Numbered from the stretch's first letter, positions 39,166 through 48,909 are shown. The stretch is 64,000 nt of DNA from Thermoplasmata archaeon (GCA_034667725.1 JAXDQS010000010.1:192001-256000); one strand, 5' to 3'. The notes: generated by a model not told the origin, from the letters alone. Made by a program: numbers and translations.

Positions 39166-40688
39166 TAGGCCGTTTCGGCCTGGTCCGCCGCCAGCTGCCG
39201 GTCCCGGCTGCGCTGCACGAAGAACATCGGCACGCCGGCCAGGATCAGGCCGGACGCGATCAGCGCCTGCGCGAGGAACTTGAAGTAGATGATGCCGACC
39301 ACGAACGCCGAGGCCGCCATGAACAGCAGCGGCACGAACGGGTAGAGCGGCGTCTTGAACGGGCGCTCGACGTCGGCGTGGGTGCCCTTGATCCCCAGCC
39401 ATGGGACGCCGCGCATCCGGACGTGGGCCCACGAGGTCGGCACGTAGAACAGGAAGATGGCGAACACCACCATGATGACGAGCTGCTCGTAGCCGCCGGT
39501 CATCACGAGCAGGCTGGCCCAGATGGCGGTGAAGTAGATGGCCCACCCCGGGACCGAGTGCTTGTTGAGCGTGCCCATCGAGCCTAGCAGGCTGCCGTCG
39601 CGGCTGAAGGCGTAGAACACGCGGGGCCCCGTCAGCAGGAAGCCGTTGACCGTGCCGAACACCGACACGAGGGCGACGGCGCTGATGAAGTCGTAGCCGC
39701 CGATCCCCAGCACGGCGCCTGCCGCCTCGGGGGCGATGCGCTGGTTGGCGACCCCAAGCTCGACCGCCCGGTCGATGGGGATGACGTGGAAGTAGCTCGA
39801 CGCCAGCGCGATGTAGATGGCGCTCGTGATGAGCGGGCCGACGATGAGTGCCACGGGCAGGTTGCGCCGGGCGTTGCGGACCTCGGAGGCGACGTAGGTG
39901 GCCTGCGGCCAGCCGTCGAACGCGAACAGCGACAACGCAAGGGCGCCGCCGAACGCGGCCACGAGGGCGCCGCCGCCCATGCCCTCCGGCGCGAAGCCGC
40001 CGCCTTGGGCCTGGTAGGCCTGCGGGTGGGCGGTGCCGAACACGAACACGATGACGACCAGGCTGGCCAGGCCCAGCACCTTGGCGATGGTGCTGACGTT
40101 CTGGATGCGGCCGGCGATGGCGGCGCCGCGCGAGTTGATGAACGCCAACAGCAGGATGACGGCGATGGCCAAGAACGCAGGCCCGTAGGCGGGGATCGTG
40201 ATGGGGTCGATGTGGACCAGCTTGCGGGTGCAGGCGCCGGCGAGGCTCTCCTCGACGCAGGGGCCGGTGTCCACGAGGCTCGTGAGGGCGAACTTCGTGC
40301 CCGGCATCGTGCCGCCCATACGCTCGACGAAGTAGGTGGCGAACCGGCTGAACGCCACCGCGACGCCGGCGATGATGCCGCTCTGGATGACCCAGAACTG
40401 CGACCACCCGAACAGGTAGGCGCTGAACCGGCCGATGCCCTCCTTGAGGAAGTGGTACTGGCCGCCGGCGCGCGGGAACATGCTCGACAGCTCCGCGAAC
40501 GTCAAGGCACCCAGCACCGTCAGCACCGCGCCGGCCACCATCACCAAGAGGATGAGGCCCGGGCTCGGCAGCACCTCCGCCATGTCCGCGGGCAGCAGCA
40601 GGATGCCGGAGCCGATCATCGAGCCGACGATGATCGTGATGGCCTCGAACAGCCGCAGGTTCTGCTTGAACTTGATAGGCCCGCCCAT
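39165..40688 (-). CDS. APC-family amino acid permease
   Basis: IVGSMIGSGI, AELSS.FP.AGG.Y, F.FDGW, EV.N..RN.P and RPFK.P.YP motifs. Confidence 0.93.
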   Translation of the reverse strand: MGGPIKFKQNLRLFEAITIIVGSMIGSGILLLPADMAEVLPSPGLILLVMVAGAVLTVLGALTFAELSSMFPRAGGQYHFLKEGIGRFSAYLFGWSQFWVIQSGIIAGVAVAFSRFATYFVERMGGTMPGTKFALTSLVDTGPCVEESLAGACTRKLVHIDPITIPAYGPAFLAIAVILLLAFINSRGAAIAGRIQNVSTIAKVLGLASLVVIVFVFGTAHPQAYQAQGGGFAPEGMGGGALVAAFGGALALSLFAFDGWPQATYVASEVRNARRNLPVALIVGPLITSAIYIALASSYFHVIPIDRAVELGVANQRIAPEAAGAVLGIGGYDFISAVALVSVFGTVNGFLLTGPRVFYAFSRDGSLLGSMGTLNKHSVPGWAIYFTAIWASLLVMTGGYEQLVIMVVFAIFLFYVPTSWAHVRMRGVPWLGIKGTHADVERPFKTPLYPFVPLLFMAASAFVVGIIYFKFLAQALIASGLILAGVPMFFVQRSRDRQLAADQAETA

Positions 40689-40788
40689 GGACGCGGCGCC
40701 ACCGCCAGGCTTGCATAAAGGCTGGCTGAACTTGCACGTTCACTTGGGCCTGGCCAGGGCCTAAGGGCTGCACCAAAGGTGCGAGCGC

Positions 40789-41088
40789 ATGGCCGATCCA
40801 CGGCTCGACCCTGCCATCTTGGAGTTCCTGAACCTTCCAAGCAACCGAGGGCGTTGGCACTACACCCGCGACATCGCCCAGCAACTGTTTGGCACGGACT
40901 GGGCATCTCCGGAGGAGATCGTGCGGGTCCGGGCAGCCCTGAAACGCCTGGAACGGGATGAGAAGGTGGCCGGGTTCGGCTACTTCCGCGAATGGCGGTC
41001 CACCCAGCATCCTGAGGCCGAAGCCCCCGAGGCGGTTCGGGCGGTCCTTGCCATCATGCGCGAGCAGAGGACAACCCGGCCTTCGTAG
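40789..41088 (+). CDS. Small hypothetical protein, possible winged HTH
   Basis: Helix-turn-helix-like pattern (ILEFL...TRDIAQQL...VRAALKRLE...V). Third codon positions are more A/T-rich than in the neighbours. Confidence 0.55.
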   Translation: MADPRLDPAILEFLNLPSNRGRWHYTRDIAQQLFGTDWASPEEIVRVRAALKRLERDEKVAGFGYFREWRSTQHPEAEAPEAVRAVLAIMREQRTTRPS

Positions 41089-41128
41089 CTGCGAAACCCT
41101 CCTGAAGGGGTGCCTCCTCGCCGCTTCC

Positions 41129-41938
41129 ATGGACCGCGGCCGCCTTCTCTGGGAGTACCGCCCGCCGCGCGCCCATCCCATCCTCTACGCCGGCCTGCTG
41201 GTGTTCAGCTTCGTGTTCGCCACCGGCTCGCTGGAGAACCTTGCCCGCGACAACGTGCCGCGCCTGTACGCGGTCTACGCCGCCCCCGTCGCCGCCGTCC
41301 TCGTCCTCATGGCCGCCCTCTGGCCGACCCCCGTGCGCATCCACGAGAACGGTGTCGCCCCCAGCCGCGCCCTGGTGCTGCGGTGGTGGCGCCCGTTCGT
41401 CCCGTGGCCCCAGGTCGCCGCCTGCTACGCTGTCTCCTACGACGTGACCGGCGCCTTCGTGTCGCCGTTCGCCTCCTCCGACGGCAAGGTCACCCAGACC
41501 GGCATCGGGCTGGAGCTGCACGGCGGCGCCCTCGAGACGCTGCGCTTCACGCCCACCCGCTTCGCCCTCACGAGCCGCCGCAGCCGCGGCTACCGCGAGG
41601 CCATCGAGGTGGTGCGCGAGCGCTTCGCCCTGCTTGGCCGCCCGCTCGTGGCCCAGGCCGAGCGGCTCGCCCCGGCCGACCGCGAGACCCTGCTGGCCGA
41701 GGCGCGCAAGCCGTTCCTGCCGTTCTTCGCCATCGTGTTCCTGTTCGCGAGCGCCGCGCCCGTGGTGTGGCTCCTGATGGAGACGCTGCGCTGGGAGCCG
41801 CCGGGCGCCATCGCCGCCGCCCTGCTGCTGCCACTTGGCACCAGCCTCCGGAGCTACCTGCAGAGCCGGCGCCGCAACGCCATCCTCAACCGCCTCAGCA
41901 AGGCCGCCGAGTTCGAGCGCCGCACGGGGCCGGCATGA
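41129..41938 (+). CDS. Membrane protein (4 TM with PH-like soluble domain)
   Basis: Two TM pairs flanking a beta-rich domain (RIHENG, FVPW..V). Confidence 0.7.
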   Translation: MDRGRLLWEYRPPRAHPILYAGLLVFSFVFATGSLENLARDNVPRLYAVYAAPVAAVLVLMAALWPTPVRIHENGVAPSRALVLRWWRPFVPWPQVAACYAVSYDVTGAFVSPFASSDGKVTQTGIGLELHGGALETLRFTPTRFALTSRRSRGYREAIEVVRERFALLGRPLVAQAERLAPADRETLLAEARKPFLPFFAIVFLFASAAPVVWLLMETLRWEPPGAIAAALLLPLGTSLRSYLQSRRRNAILNRLSKAAEFERRTGPA

Positions 41939-42282
41939 GCAAGGTGTCGATGCCGCGGCCGCGCTACCTCGCCTTCGAGGTGGCGGCGGGCGCCCCCGTC
42001 CCGCGCAAGGCCTTCGCCAGCGCCCTGCGCGCCGCGGCGCGCGCGGGCGGCTGGGCCGAATCCGACGCGCCGCAGCTCACGCGCTACGCCTGGCCGCACG
42101 GCGTCGTGCGCGTCGAGCACCTGCACGCGGCGCGGGCGCGCGGCCTGCTGGCGGGCATCACGTGGGCGCAGGACGGGGCGGGGCCGCGCGCCGAGGTGCG
42201 GGTGCGGACGTTGGCGACGTCGGGGACCCTCAAGGCGCTCGCGGCGCGCACGGGCGTGCTGGGAAGCCGGGACGCCTCCTGA
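41935..42282 (+). CDS. rnp2: RNase P protein Rpp14/Pop5 family
   Basis: RYLAFEV, G.VRV.H and RTL.TSGTLK motifs. Confidence 0.8.
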   Translation: MSKVSMPRPRYLAFEVAAGAPVPRKAFASALRAAARAGGWAESDAPQLTRYAWPHGVVRVEHLHAARARGLLAGITWAQDGAGPRAEVRVRTLATSGTLKALAARTGVLGSRDAS

Positions 42283-42292
42283 GCCCGGCCGG

Positions 42293-43657
42293 TCAGGCCT
42301 TCCGCTTCGCCGCCGGCTTGGCGGGCACGACCATCTCCGACTCCTTCTCGAACCGGTCCTGCGCCCGCTCCTGCCGCCACACCACCAGCCCCGAGGCCGC
42401 CACCGTCAGCAGCACCAAGAGCAGGCTGAGATTGGTGAAGGCGGCCTCCCACGGGCTGAACAGGTCGTGGAAGGCGCTGCCGGGGACGTACGCGGGCGCC
42501 ACGAACGGCAGGGTCGCAAGCACGGCGGTGTCGAGGCCGCGGCCGAACACGCCGAACAGGTCGGCCTGGGCGGGGTCGCGGATGGAGGCGAGGCGGACGC
42601 TGAGGTAGCGGGCGGCGACGATGACGGCGAGGAACAGGAACGCCGCCGCCAGGAACAGGGCGCCGGGGCTGAGGCCTTGGAAGAACGCGACGGGGGTGGC
42701 GGGCCAGAGGCCGCCCTCGAAGGTGAAGCTGGCGCCCAGGAACAGGAAGAACATCGTGCGCACCAGGAACGTGATCTCGTCGTGGAACGCGACCACCTTG
42801 CCGTGCTCGTGGTCGTCCTCGCGCACGCGGGCGAAGCGGCGCAGGATGGCGGTGCGGTTGCCGACCAGGATGCCGAACAGCAGGATGCTCAAGGCGCCGG
42901 AGCCGCCCAGGAGCTCGGAGGCGCCGTAGACGCCGATCATGGTGGCGAACGTGAGCATGTAGGAGTGCGGGTGGCCGCTCAGGGTCCGGAGCGCGAACAG
43001 CCACGGGATGCCCGCCGCCAGGCCGACGGCGAGCGACACGGACAAGAGGACGGCGAACTGGCGGACGAACAGCGCGGGCGTCCCGGTGCCGTCGGCGAAC
43101 GCCAACAGCGACACGATGAGCGGGATGCACACCAGGTCGTACACCGCCATCTCGATGGTGTAGATGGCGCGTTGGCGGTCGGGGATGCGCAGGTCCCGGA
43201 GAACGCCGCTGGAGACCACCTGGTCGACGTTGGTCAGGGCGACCGCGAGGATGGCGGCGACCAGGGGCGGCATCCCCAACAGCAGGACGCCGACGCCGGC
43301 GATGCCGAGGGCGGTCAGGAAGAAGATCGGGAGGGTGTGCAGCAGCGCCGGGCGCAGGCCTTTGCGGAACGGCCCGAAGTCGAGCTGCAACCCGGCGTCG
43401 AACACCAGCACGACCAAGGCGATGCCGGCGAGCACCGGCGTGGCGGCGCGCAGGATGGCCGGGTCCAGGGCGGCGGCAAGCTGGTCGGAGCCCCAGCCGC
43501 GGCCCGCCAGCACGCGGTTGACCGGGCCCAACATCAGCCCGAGGCCCAAGAGCAGCAGGACGTCGGGGACGCGGGTGCGCTGGAAGATGCGGCCCGCCAC
43601 GAAGCCGGCGAACGTCAGCAACGCGATGGCGAGGAACCCGGCCGCCACGTCCGCCAT
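42293..43657 (-). CDS. CPA1 cation:proton antiporter (NhaP-like)
   Basis: RVPD.LLLL..G...GP, LVFDAGL, F.VRT.FF..LG and RGL..AVLA motifs. Confidence 0.9.
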   Translation of the reverse strand: MADVAAGFLAIALLTFAGFVAGRIFQRTRVPDVLLLLGLGLMLGPVNRVLAGRGWGSDQLAAALDPAILRAATPVLAGIALVVLVFDAGLQLDFGPFRKGLRPALLHTLPIFFLTALGIAGVGVLLLGMPPLVAAILAVALTNVDQVVSSGVLRDLRIPDRQRAIYTIEMAVYDLVCIPLIVSLLAFADGTGTPALFVRQFAVLLSVSLAVGLAAGIPWLFALRTLSGHPHSYMLTFATMIGVYGASELLGGSGALSILLFGILVGNRTAILRRFARVREDDHEHGKVVAFHDEITFLVRTMFFLFLGASFTFEGGLWPATPVAFFQGLSPGALFLAAAFLFLAVIVAARYLSVRLASIRDPAQADLFGVFGRGLDTAVLATLPFVAPAYVPGSAFHDLFSPWEAAFTNLSLLLVLLTVAASGLVVWRQERAQDRFEKESEMVVPAKPAAKRKA

Positions 43658-43729
43658 CGCGGGACGACAGCCGGATGGCCATTATAGCCCCGCCACAACG
43701 CTTACAGGCGCCCGGCCTGCGTCCCGGCC

Positions 43730-45169
43730 ATGCGCGTGCTTGCCGTCCTCCTCCTTGCCCTCCTGGTCCTGGTCCCCGCGGCCGACGCCCAGCACGCCCA
43801 CGAGGAGGGCGGCAGCGTGCGCATCCTTGCGGAGGGGCCGGTCCACGCCGGCGTCCTGGCCGGCTTCGCCGCCTTGGCCTTGGGCGACGACGACGCGCCG
43901 GACTTCCACCAGCAGAACCACCTGCGCGTGACGCAGGGCGGCCTGGTGCTGTTCGAGACCACGCCCGACTCCGGCCACGACTACGACGGTGTTGCCCGCT
44001 TCGCGCTCGCCTTCCCCGCCCCTGGGCCGTACCGCGTCGAGGCGCTGGACGACGCCGGCGCGGTCCTCGGCGCGCTGGAGGGCGAAGCGTTGCCCGTCCC
44101 CACCGAGGCCGGGACCTTGGCCGTCGCCCACAGCCTGGTCGACGGCATGGTGCGCTTCGACGCCATCGTGTCCGTCGGCGGCGTCCAGGTGCCGTCCCGG
44201 CTGCAGCTCGAGGCGATGGCGGACGGGAAGCCCGCGGCCCGCCTCGCGACCGTGGCCGTCGCGCACGTGGTGGAGCTTGGGCTCGACCCCGGCGTGACCT
44301 ACCGGTTCCGCCTGCTCGCGACCCCGCTCGACGCGCCGTTCGCGCCCGTCGTCCACGAGGAGACGTTCGCTGTCGAGGCCGCCCCGCGCGCCGACCCGCC
44401 CGCCCTGCCGTCCCCCAGCCCCATGCCGGGCAACGCCGTGGTGCGCGCCGGCGCGGGCAACGCCACCCTGCTCGGCACCTACGACCCCTGGACCGCGGTC
44501 GGCCCGGACACCCGCGCCCGCTTCGCCGCCGTCGGCCCCGCCGGCCCCATCGCCGTCCGGATGCACGACGCCGCCGGCCGGGTCCTGCTGGCCACCGACC
44601 AGCTCGCCGGCCCCGTCGCCGAGGTCACGACCACCCGCCCGCCCGGCGCCTACACCATCGCGTACACCGCCGGCGGCGAAACCGTCGAGCTGCCGTGGAC
44701 CGTGCTGCCGCCCAGCGACCCGTCCGCCGTCGGCCCGCAGGACCTCGTCTTCACCGCCCCCGCCGCCCAGGCCGGCGTCCCGTTCGACCTCGCGCTGGCC
44801 TCGCACGACCTCGCCGGCCGCCCGTTCGACCACACCGAGGTCGAGCTCGAGGTCGCCCGCGCCGGCGTCCCCGTCGTCCAGGCCAAGCTGCACACCCACG
44901 GCGACGGCAGCTTCCCGCTCCGCCTCGCCCTTCAGGAAGGGCGCCAGGACGTGCGCGCCCAGGTCTACCCGCTGGAGGCGCGCACCGCCCTGGCCGGCCC
45001 CGCCCTGCTGGCAAGCTTCGACGTGGCCCCCGGCGCCCCCGCCGAGCCCACCCCTGCCCCACAGGACCAAGAGGCCGAGGCGGCGCCCTTGGGCGCGCCC
45101 CTGGCCGTGCTGGCCGTGCTGGCGGCGGGCGGGCTGCGGCGCGGGGGCCGCGGCTGCAAAGGATTTTGA
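43730..45169 (+). CDS. Secreted His-motif-rich beta protein with C-terminal sorting-signal-like tail
   Basis: Signal peptide. HAHEE, FHQQNH, HDYDG, FDHTE and LHTH motifs. Tail AAPLGAPLAVLAVLAAGGLRR. Confidence 0.75.
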   Translation: MRVLAVLLLALLVLVPAADAQHAHEEGGSVRILAEGPVHAGVLAGFAALALGDDDAPDFHQQNHLRVTQGGLVLFETTPDSGHDYDGVARFALAFPAPGPYRVEALDDAGAVLGALEGEALPVPTEAGTLAVAHSLVDGMVRFDAIVSVGGVQVPSRLQLEAMADGKPAARLATVAVAHVVELGLDPGVTYRFRLLATPLDAPFAPVVHEETFAVEAAPRADPPALPSPSPMPGNAVVRAGAGNATLLGTYDPWTAVGPDTRARFAAVGPAGPIAVRMHDAAGRVLLATDQLAGPVAEVTTTRPPGAYTIAYTAGGETVELPWTVLPPSDPSAVGPQDLVFTAPAAQAGVPFDLALASHDLAGRPFDHTEVELEVARAGVPVVQAKLHTHGDGSFPLRLALQEGRQDVRAQVYPLEARTALAGPALLASFDVAPGAPAEPTPAPQDQEAEAAPLGAPLAVLAVLAAGGLRRGGRGCKGF

Positions 45170-45201
45170 GGCACCAGCGCCGTGGGCCGCTCGGTCTGTC
45201 G

Positions 45202-47319
45202 ATGCGTCCAGCGATGCTGCTTCCAGCCTTGGCCCTGGTGGGCCTGGGGCTTCTCACGATGATCCCGCACGAGGCCCAGGCCCAGGCGGTCATCGACAAC
45301 GGCTTCGTCCAGGTCGGCGTCCGCGCCGACGGCGCCCTCATCGCCTCCCCGGTCTCGACCGACGGCGACTGCACCGTCGTCGGCGGCGTCACGGTCTGCA
45401 CCGGCGGCGCCGGCACGGGCCTGGTCGGCCTGCGCCACATGGCCACCGGCTACGAGTCGACGGCCGACGGCTGCGCCTGCGAGACCTGGGGCGTGTCGTA
45501 CGACGGCGCCGTGTCGGGCTACGCCCGCAGCGGCAGCGCCGGCCCCGGCTCCGGCCTCACGCCGGTGGCGTTCTCGAACACCGCCAGCACCGCCGTGGCC
45601 ACCGTGCGCGCCGGCGACCTGCTGGTCACCCACGACTTCCACCCGACGGCACTCACCAACGACCTGTACGAGGTCAACGTCACCATCGAGAACACCGGCC
45701 CCGCCCACGTCGACCTGCGCTACCGCCGCGCCATGGACTGGGACATCCAGCCCACCGCCTTCAGCGAGTTCGTCACCATCGAGGCCAAGAGCCCGCTGCC
45801 GACCGCGCTGTCCTGCTCCAGCGACGACGGCTTCGCCACCGGCAACCCCCTCAGCGGCCTCGGCTCGATCCTGATGTACGGCCCCGGCTGCGGCTCCGAC
45901 TTCATCGACTCCGGCCCGAGCGACCACGGCGCCGCCTTCGACTTCCACTTCGGCGTCATCGCGGCCAGCGAGAAGCGCGAGTTCCGCATCTACTACGGCG
46001 CCGCCTCCTCCGAGATCGACGCCTACGCCGCCATGGCCGCGGTGGGCGCCGGCGTCTGGACCTTCGGGCAGTGCAACCCGGGCAGCAACCCCGCCTGCGA
46101 CACCAGCACGGGCGCGCCGGCCACCTTCATGTTCGGCTTCGACGACGTCGACATCATCCCGGTCAAGCCCGCCAACATCCCGCCCGTCGCCGCCGGCACC
46201 TACCTCGCCCGCACCGCCTGCGAGGACTCCCGCGTCTCGTTCGACGGGAGCAAGAGCACCGACCCCGACGGCTTCGTCCGCACCCACGCCTGGACCTTCG
46301 GCGACGGCGGCAACGCCACCGGCGAGAAGGTCGACCACCTCTACAAGGCGCCGGGCCCCTACACCGTGACGCACACTGTGATGGACAACAACGGCGCCCT
46401 CACCACCCGCACCTTCACCATCGTGAGCGCCGGCGACCCCGACTGCTGCCTCAACCTCAACCCGGTCCCGCCCATCGACGCGATGGAGTTCGACGCCGTC
46501 GGCTTCCTGCCCATCGTCTGGGACTTCGAGGACGGCCCCTACAGCTTCGACCTGTTCCCGCTGCCGACGGGCGCCACCTTCAACCCCGCCACCGGAGAGT
46601 TCGGCTGGCCCACCGCGGCCGGCGACGCTGGCGCCTACACCCTCACCCTGCTGGCCACGGACGGCGGCGGCTGCACCGTCGGCACCGAGGTCGACATCGC
46701 CGTCCGCCCGTACCCGCCGCCGCTGCCGCCCGCCGAGGACCATGACCTCGACGGCATCGCCAACGCGCAGGACAACTGCCCCGACCGCGTCAACCGCGAC
46801 CAGGGCGACGCCGACCGCGACGGCCTCGGCGACCTGTGCGACGACGACCCCGGCCTCACGGGCCCGGAGGCCGAGGCCGCGCGCCGGCTGCGCGCCGGCG
46901 GCGCGCGCGACCGCGACCGCGACGGGGTCGCCGACGTGGCCGACGTCTGCCCCGACGTGGCCGACCGCGACCAGAAGGACCTCGACGGCGACCGCCTCGG
47001 CGACCTGTGCGACCCGGACGCCGACGGCGACACGGTGCGCGACCAGCCCGCCGCCGGCATCCCGGCCGACAACTGCCTCCAACTGGCCAACGCGGACCAG
47101 GCCGACGCGGACGGCGACGGCGTCGGCGACGCCTGCGCCGCCGACCGCCTCGCCGCCGCCCAGGCGCGCAGCAGCGACGCCGAAGGCCGGCCCGCCGTCC
47201 TGGCCGCCGAGCAAGGCGGCCTCGGCTCGGGCGCCAAGGCGTTCATGCTGGCGTTCGCCGCCGCAGGCCTCCTGGGCCTGCTGGTGGTCTTGGCCATCCT
47301 GCGCCGCAACGAAGCGTAG
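45202..47319 (+). CDS. Surface protein: head shared with the 23865 protein + PKD + Ig-like + thrombospondin type-3 repeats + C-terminal TM
   Basis: IDNG, C.CE.WG..YDG, YRR.MDWDI and DHGA.FDF motifs, then WTFGDG, DNCP repeats and TM+RR. Confidence 0.88.
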   Translation: MRPAMLLPALALVGLGLLTMIPHEAQAQAVIDNGFVQVGVRADGALIASPVSTDGDCTVVGGVTVCTGGAGTGLVGLRHMATGYESTADGCACETWGVSYDGAVSGYARSGSAGPGSGLTPVAFSNTASTAVATVRAGDLLVTHDFHPTALTNDLYEVNVTIENTGPAHVDLRYRRAMDWDIQPTAFSEFVTIEAKSPLPTALSCSSDDGFATGNPLSGLGSILMYGPGCGSDFIDSGPSDHGAAFDFHFGVIAASEKREFRIYYGAASSEIDAYAAMAAVGAGVWTFGQCNPGSNPACDTSTGAPATFMFGFDDVDIIPVKPANIPPVAAGTYLARTACEDSRVSFDGSKSTDPDGFVRTHAWTFGDGGNATGEKVDHLYKAPGPYTVTHTVMDNNGALTTRTFTIVSAGDPDCCLNLNPVPPIDAMEFDAVGFLPIVWDFEDGPYSFDLFPLPTGATFNPATGEFGWPTAAGDAGAYTLTLLATDGGGCTVGTEVDIAVRPYPPPLPPAEDHDLDGIANAQDNCPDRVNRDQGDADRDGLGDLCDDDPGLTGPEAEAARRLRAGGARDRDRDGVADVADVCPDVADRDQKDLDGDRLGDLCDPDADGDTVRDQPAAGIPADNCLQLANADQADADGDGVGDACAADRLAAAQARSSDAEGRPAVLAAEQGGLGSGAKAFMLAFAAAGLLGLLVVLAILRRNEA

Positions 47320-47321
47320 CC

Positions 47322-47361
47322 GAAAAAATCGAAGGAAACGGAAGGAAAAGGGAAGAAGGGA
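47322..47361 (-). terminator. Pyrimidine-tract terminator for the minus-strand gene 47375-47977
   Basis: Purine run on the + strand (GAAGGAAACGGAAGGAAAAGGGAAGAAGGG), which is a C/T tract on the minus strand. Confidence 0.55.
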
Positions 47362-47374
47362 ATGTCAGCTTGGC

Positions 47375-47977
47375 TCAGAACAGGCTCGCGACCCCGGACA
47401 CCATGCCGGAGAAGAACGCCTCGACCTGGCCCATGAAGCTCGCGTCGGCCTCGACGTCCGCCTGGGCGTCGACCGAGGCGTCCGCCTGCAGGCCCGCGTC
47501 GAGCTGGGCGTCGGCCGCGACGTCCGCGTCGACCGCCGCGTGGGCGTCCGCGGCCACGTTGGCGGCCGCGTCGAGCGCGCCGTCGACCGTGCCGTGGACC
47601 GTCGACTGGGCGGTCGCGGTGGCGGTGCCGGCCAGGCCGAGGCCCGTGCCGAGGGCACCGGTGGCGGTCGCCTGCGCGTCCGCCGTCACGTCGGCCGCGG
47701 CGTGGGCCGCGGCGTCGAGCTGGGCGTCGGCGTCGACGCTGGCGTCGAGGGCCGCGTCGAGGTTGGCGTCGACGTTGGCGTCAAGGCTGGCGTCCGCATC
47801 CGCGGCGGCGTCCAGGCCAGCGTCCGCGGCGGCGTCGGCGGCAGCGTCCGCCGCGCCGGTCGCGCCGAGGCCGAGCATGGCCGTGCCCGGGATGGCCAGG
47901 GCCAGCAGGGCAGTCAGGGCAAGGGCAGCAAGGCCCGCCTTCTTCCAGGGTTTCTTGGGGGTGTGTTGGGGTTCCAT
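47375..47977 (-). CDS. Secreted/anchored Ala-Asp low-complexity repeat protein
   Basis: KKPWKK plus hydrophobic signal, DADASLDA-type repeats and an amphipathic C-terminus. Confidence 0.75.
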   Translation of the reverse strand: MEPQHTPKKPWKKAGLAALALTALLALAIPGTAMLGLGATGAADAAADAAADAGLDAAADADASLDANVDANLDAALDASVDADAQLDAAAHAAADVTADAQATATGALGTGLGLAGTATATAQSTVHGTVDGALDAAANVAADAHAAVDADVAADAQLDAGLQADASVDAQADVEADASFMGQVEAFFSGMVSGVASLF

Positions 47978-48188
47978 CGGGGTCACCTTGTCTCCTGGTC
48001 CGACGGCGCGGCACATAAGGCGACGCGATACGCCGGGAAACTCCCAGCACCTCCTCAGGCAGGCTTATCTACGAACCATCCTGAGCCGGCCCCCGACGCC
48101 TGTGCCGGGTCCCCCCGGGTCGGTCGTTGAAAGATGAAGGAGGGCGGGGCGCCACCGCGGCCCAAACTCCCTATGGAGACAGACAACT

Positions 48189-48557
48189 ATGGCAATGTTC
48201 GTTCGTTTTGAGACCCCCAAGGAGCTTGGGGCGCAGATCTACGAGACCATCGAGAAGGCCCGCAGCACGGGCCGGGTCGCCAAGGGCGCCAACGAGGTCA
48301 CGAAGCAGGTGGAGCGCGGCGTGGCGAAGTTCGTCGTCATGGCCGAGGACGTCACCCCCGAGGAGATCCTCGCCCACATCCCGCTTTTGTGCGAGGAGAA
48401 GGGCATCCCCTACGGCTACGTCCCCTCCAAGGCCGAGCTCGGCAACGCCGCCGGCCTCGCCGTCGGCACCGCCGCGGTCGCCATCGTCGACGCCGGCACC
48501 GCCGCCGAGTCCGTCGAGGACGTCGCCAAGAAGACCAGCGCCCTCAAGAGCGCGTAA
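48189..48557 (+). CDS. rpl7ae: 50S ribosomal protein L7Ae
   Basis: [34 protein letters not shown]. Confidence 0.97.
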   Translation: MAMFVRFETPKELGAQIYETIEKARSTGRVAKGANEVTKQVERGVAKFVVMAEDVTPEEILAHIPLLCEEKGIPYGYVPSKAELGNAAGLAVGTAAVAIVDAGTAAESVEDVAKKTSALKSA

Positions 48558-48570
48558 GGAGGCAGTTCCC

Positions 48571-48909
48571 ATGGCTGAAGAAGCGAAGAAGGGCAAGGCC
48601 CCCGCCGACGACAAGCCGGCGAAGGCGGCCAAGGCCCCGAAGGACGCCGACGCGGCACCCGCCTCGGCACCCGCCACGCCCCAGGCCGGCGAGACCGACG
48701 CCTTCCCCGCGGAGGTCGTCGAGGTCGTCTCGCGCGGCGGCATGACCGGCGAGGTCACCCTCGTCAAGGTCCGCGTCCTTGCGGGCCGCGACAAGGGCCG
48801 CATCATCGCCCGCAACGCGATGGGCCCCATCCAGATGGGCGACATCCTGATGCTGCGCGAGACCGAGCGCGAGGCGCGCACCATCGGCGGCGGGGGTCGG
48901 AAGAAGTGA
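48571..48909 (+). CDS. rps28e: 30S ribosomal protein S28e with N-terminal K/A/P extension
   Basis: [30 protein letters not shown]...GDILML.ETEREAR, with SD AAGGAGG. Confidence 0.95.
   Translation: MAEEAKKGKAPADDKPAKAAKAPKDADAAPASAPATPQAGETDAFPAEVVEVVSRGGMTGEVTLVKVRVLAGRDKGRIIARNAMGPIQMGDILMLRETEREARTIGGGGRKK

Noticed and set aside
47978-48188. tRNA or other stable RNA gene in the larger intergenic regions
   Set aside because: No cloverleaf or TTCGA T-loop with an acceptor stem was recognisable here or in the other gaps.
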